A stretch of 64,000 bases of DNA from an uncultured candidate division Zixibacteria bacterium (lineage in GTDB: Bacteria > Zixibacteria > MSB-5A5 > UBA10806), in NCBI GenBank assembly GCA_963801605.1, contig CAWDFP010000006.1, positions 1,120,001 through 1,184,000 on the forward strand. The letters run 5' to 3'. Below are positions 62,904 to 64,000 of the stretch, piece after piece. How positions within the stretch are numbered: the stretch's first letter is position 1; each line of letters begins with the position of its first letter. The notes under the pieces were generated by a model. The model had not been told where the DNA came from, did no database searches, and worked only from the letters and a program-made list of their open reading frames with translations. The translations under genes and the position numbers were made by a program.

Positions 62904-63235
62904 AACCCTGCATTTTTTGTGAAATTGCCCAAAATAAATTAAAAGCTCAAATCCTGTATGAAGATGATCAATTTGTCGCATTCGAGGACACTCATCCTCA
63001 AGCCCCCACCCACTTCCTGGTAATCCCCAAAGAACATATCGAAACGATTCTCGATACCAGCGAGCAAACTCTTGGCCGTATGATGGCCATTGCTGTTCAG
63101 GTGGCTAAACGTAAGGGCCTCGATGCCGACGGTTTCCGCACCGTAATTAACTGTAAACGTCACGGCGGACAGACGGTTTACCATCTTCACGCCCATGTCA
63201 TGGGCGGCCGCTGGTTTTCCTGGCCGCCGGGCTGA
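62900..63235 (+). CDS. histidine triad nucleotide-binding protein (HinT-like)
   Basis: CIFC, HFLVIPKEH, GQTVYHLHAHVMGG. Confidence 0.93.
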   Translation: MKPCIFCEIAQNKLKAQILYEDDQFVAFEDTHPQAPTHFLVIPKEHIETILDTSEQTLGRMMAIAVQVAKRKGLDADGFRTVINCKRHGGQTVYHLHAHVMGGRWFSWPPG

Positions 63236-63237
63236 GA

Positions 63238-63401
63238 GCCGCGGGTTCCGCATCCCGACCAAAGGTCGGGACGAAATCCGAACCATTCAGTTATGCCTCA
63301 GGCTGAAAGATTTTTTTAGGCGGTTGCCTGAGGCATAACTTTCCATATAAACCGGAATTCTTTTTTTCGGTCCCCGGGACCGAAAAAGCGGAACCCGCGG
63401 C
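63238..63401. repeat. Four-way-junction structured repeat, copy E
   Basis: GCCGCGGGTTCCGC/GCGGAACCCGCGGC; TCCCGACC-AAA-GGTCGGGA; GAAATCCG...CGGAATTC enclosing AGTTATGCCTCAGGC/GCCTGAGGCATAACT; TTTTCGGTCC...GGACCGAAAA. Confidence 0.88.
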
Positions 63402-63551
63402 CTATGGGAGTGAATAAGCCAAAATCCTTCTATCCAACCCCAATCCCCACTCGCATTTATATAGGCTAAATTGAAAAAATGGACGGATAATCATTGACAT
63501 TCTGTTTCGCTATTTTTATTTTGGTTATCTGTTCAAAATTGTTTTGGAGGC

Positions 63552-64000
63552 ATGATGAAAGAAGAGACAATTGAAAGGGTGCGAAATATAGGATTGGTGG
63601 GCCATGGCGGTACCGGCAAGACTACGCTCAATGAGGCAATACTGTTCGTCGGAAAAGCTATCGGGCGCATGGGAAGTGTAGATGATGGTTCATCCGTTTC
63701 CGATTATAGCGAGGATGAGAAAAACAGAAAAATTTCAATTAGCCTGGCAATCTCTCATCTCGAATGGGGTAGCCATAAATTTAATATAATCGATATGCCC
63801 GGTTACACCGACTTTGTAGGAGAGGTCGAAGCCGGATTGAGTGTCTCTGATTTTGCCCTTATTGCCGTCAACGGTGTCACGGGTATTGAGGTAGGAACAG
63901 ATACGATCTGGCGTATCAGCCAGCGATTAGGGCTTCCCCGCGGCTTTTTTATAAATCGCATGGATAAAGAGCACGCCGATTTTGATAAAATCGTGGGCCA
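63552..64000 (+). CDS. fusA: elongation factor G paralog (EF-G2-like), partial at window end
   Basis: GGAGG RBS; RNIGLVGHGGTGKTT, SDYSEDEKNRKISI, IIDMPGYTDF, NRMD. Confidence 0.88.
   Translation, partial: MMKEETIERVRNIGLVGHGGTGKTTLNEAILFVGKAIGRMGSVDDGSSVSDYSEDEKNRKISISLAISHLEWGSHKFNIIDMPGYTDFVGEVEAGLSVSDFALIAVNGVTGIEVGTDTIWRISQRLGLPRGFFINRMDKEHADFDKIVG

Overview
Bacterial chromosomal window, probably from an FCB-group organism (Zixibacteria-like; inferred from several T9SS type-A C-terminal sorting domains, a PorV-family gene and a eukaryote-type citrate synthase). Housekeeping blocks: acpS-aldolase-aminotransferase-deoxynucleoside kinase-folB-folK-panB-panC; uvrC-MBL hydrolase-PHP phosphatase-mpg-lepA; and hrcA-grpE-(insert)-dnaK-dnaJ-rsmE-HIT-fusA paralog. 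The central ~27 kb is an envelope/secretion region. It holds a 1724-aa Ser/Thr kinase-STAND ATPase-TPR-GAF-sigma54 activator, four T9SS-type secreted proteins, and a TonB receptor (with Ca-binding-like repeats)-secreted protein-PorV-lipoprotein operon. Features missed by the ORF track: (1) five copies of a covarying four-way-junction structured repeat; (2) a candidate sigma54-driven ~100-nt sRNA with an anti-Shine-Dalgarno tract, followed by a 35-aa membrane peptide, next to the giant activator; (3) a CxxU SelW-type selenoprotein; (4) a 27-aa Lys/Arg/Thr-rich microprotein with its own RBS and terminator. About ten single-base frameshifts, two of them in lepA, most likely reflect sequencing indels. 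All calls come from reading the sequence by eye; no searches were run.
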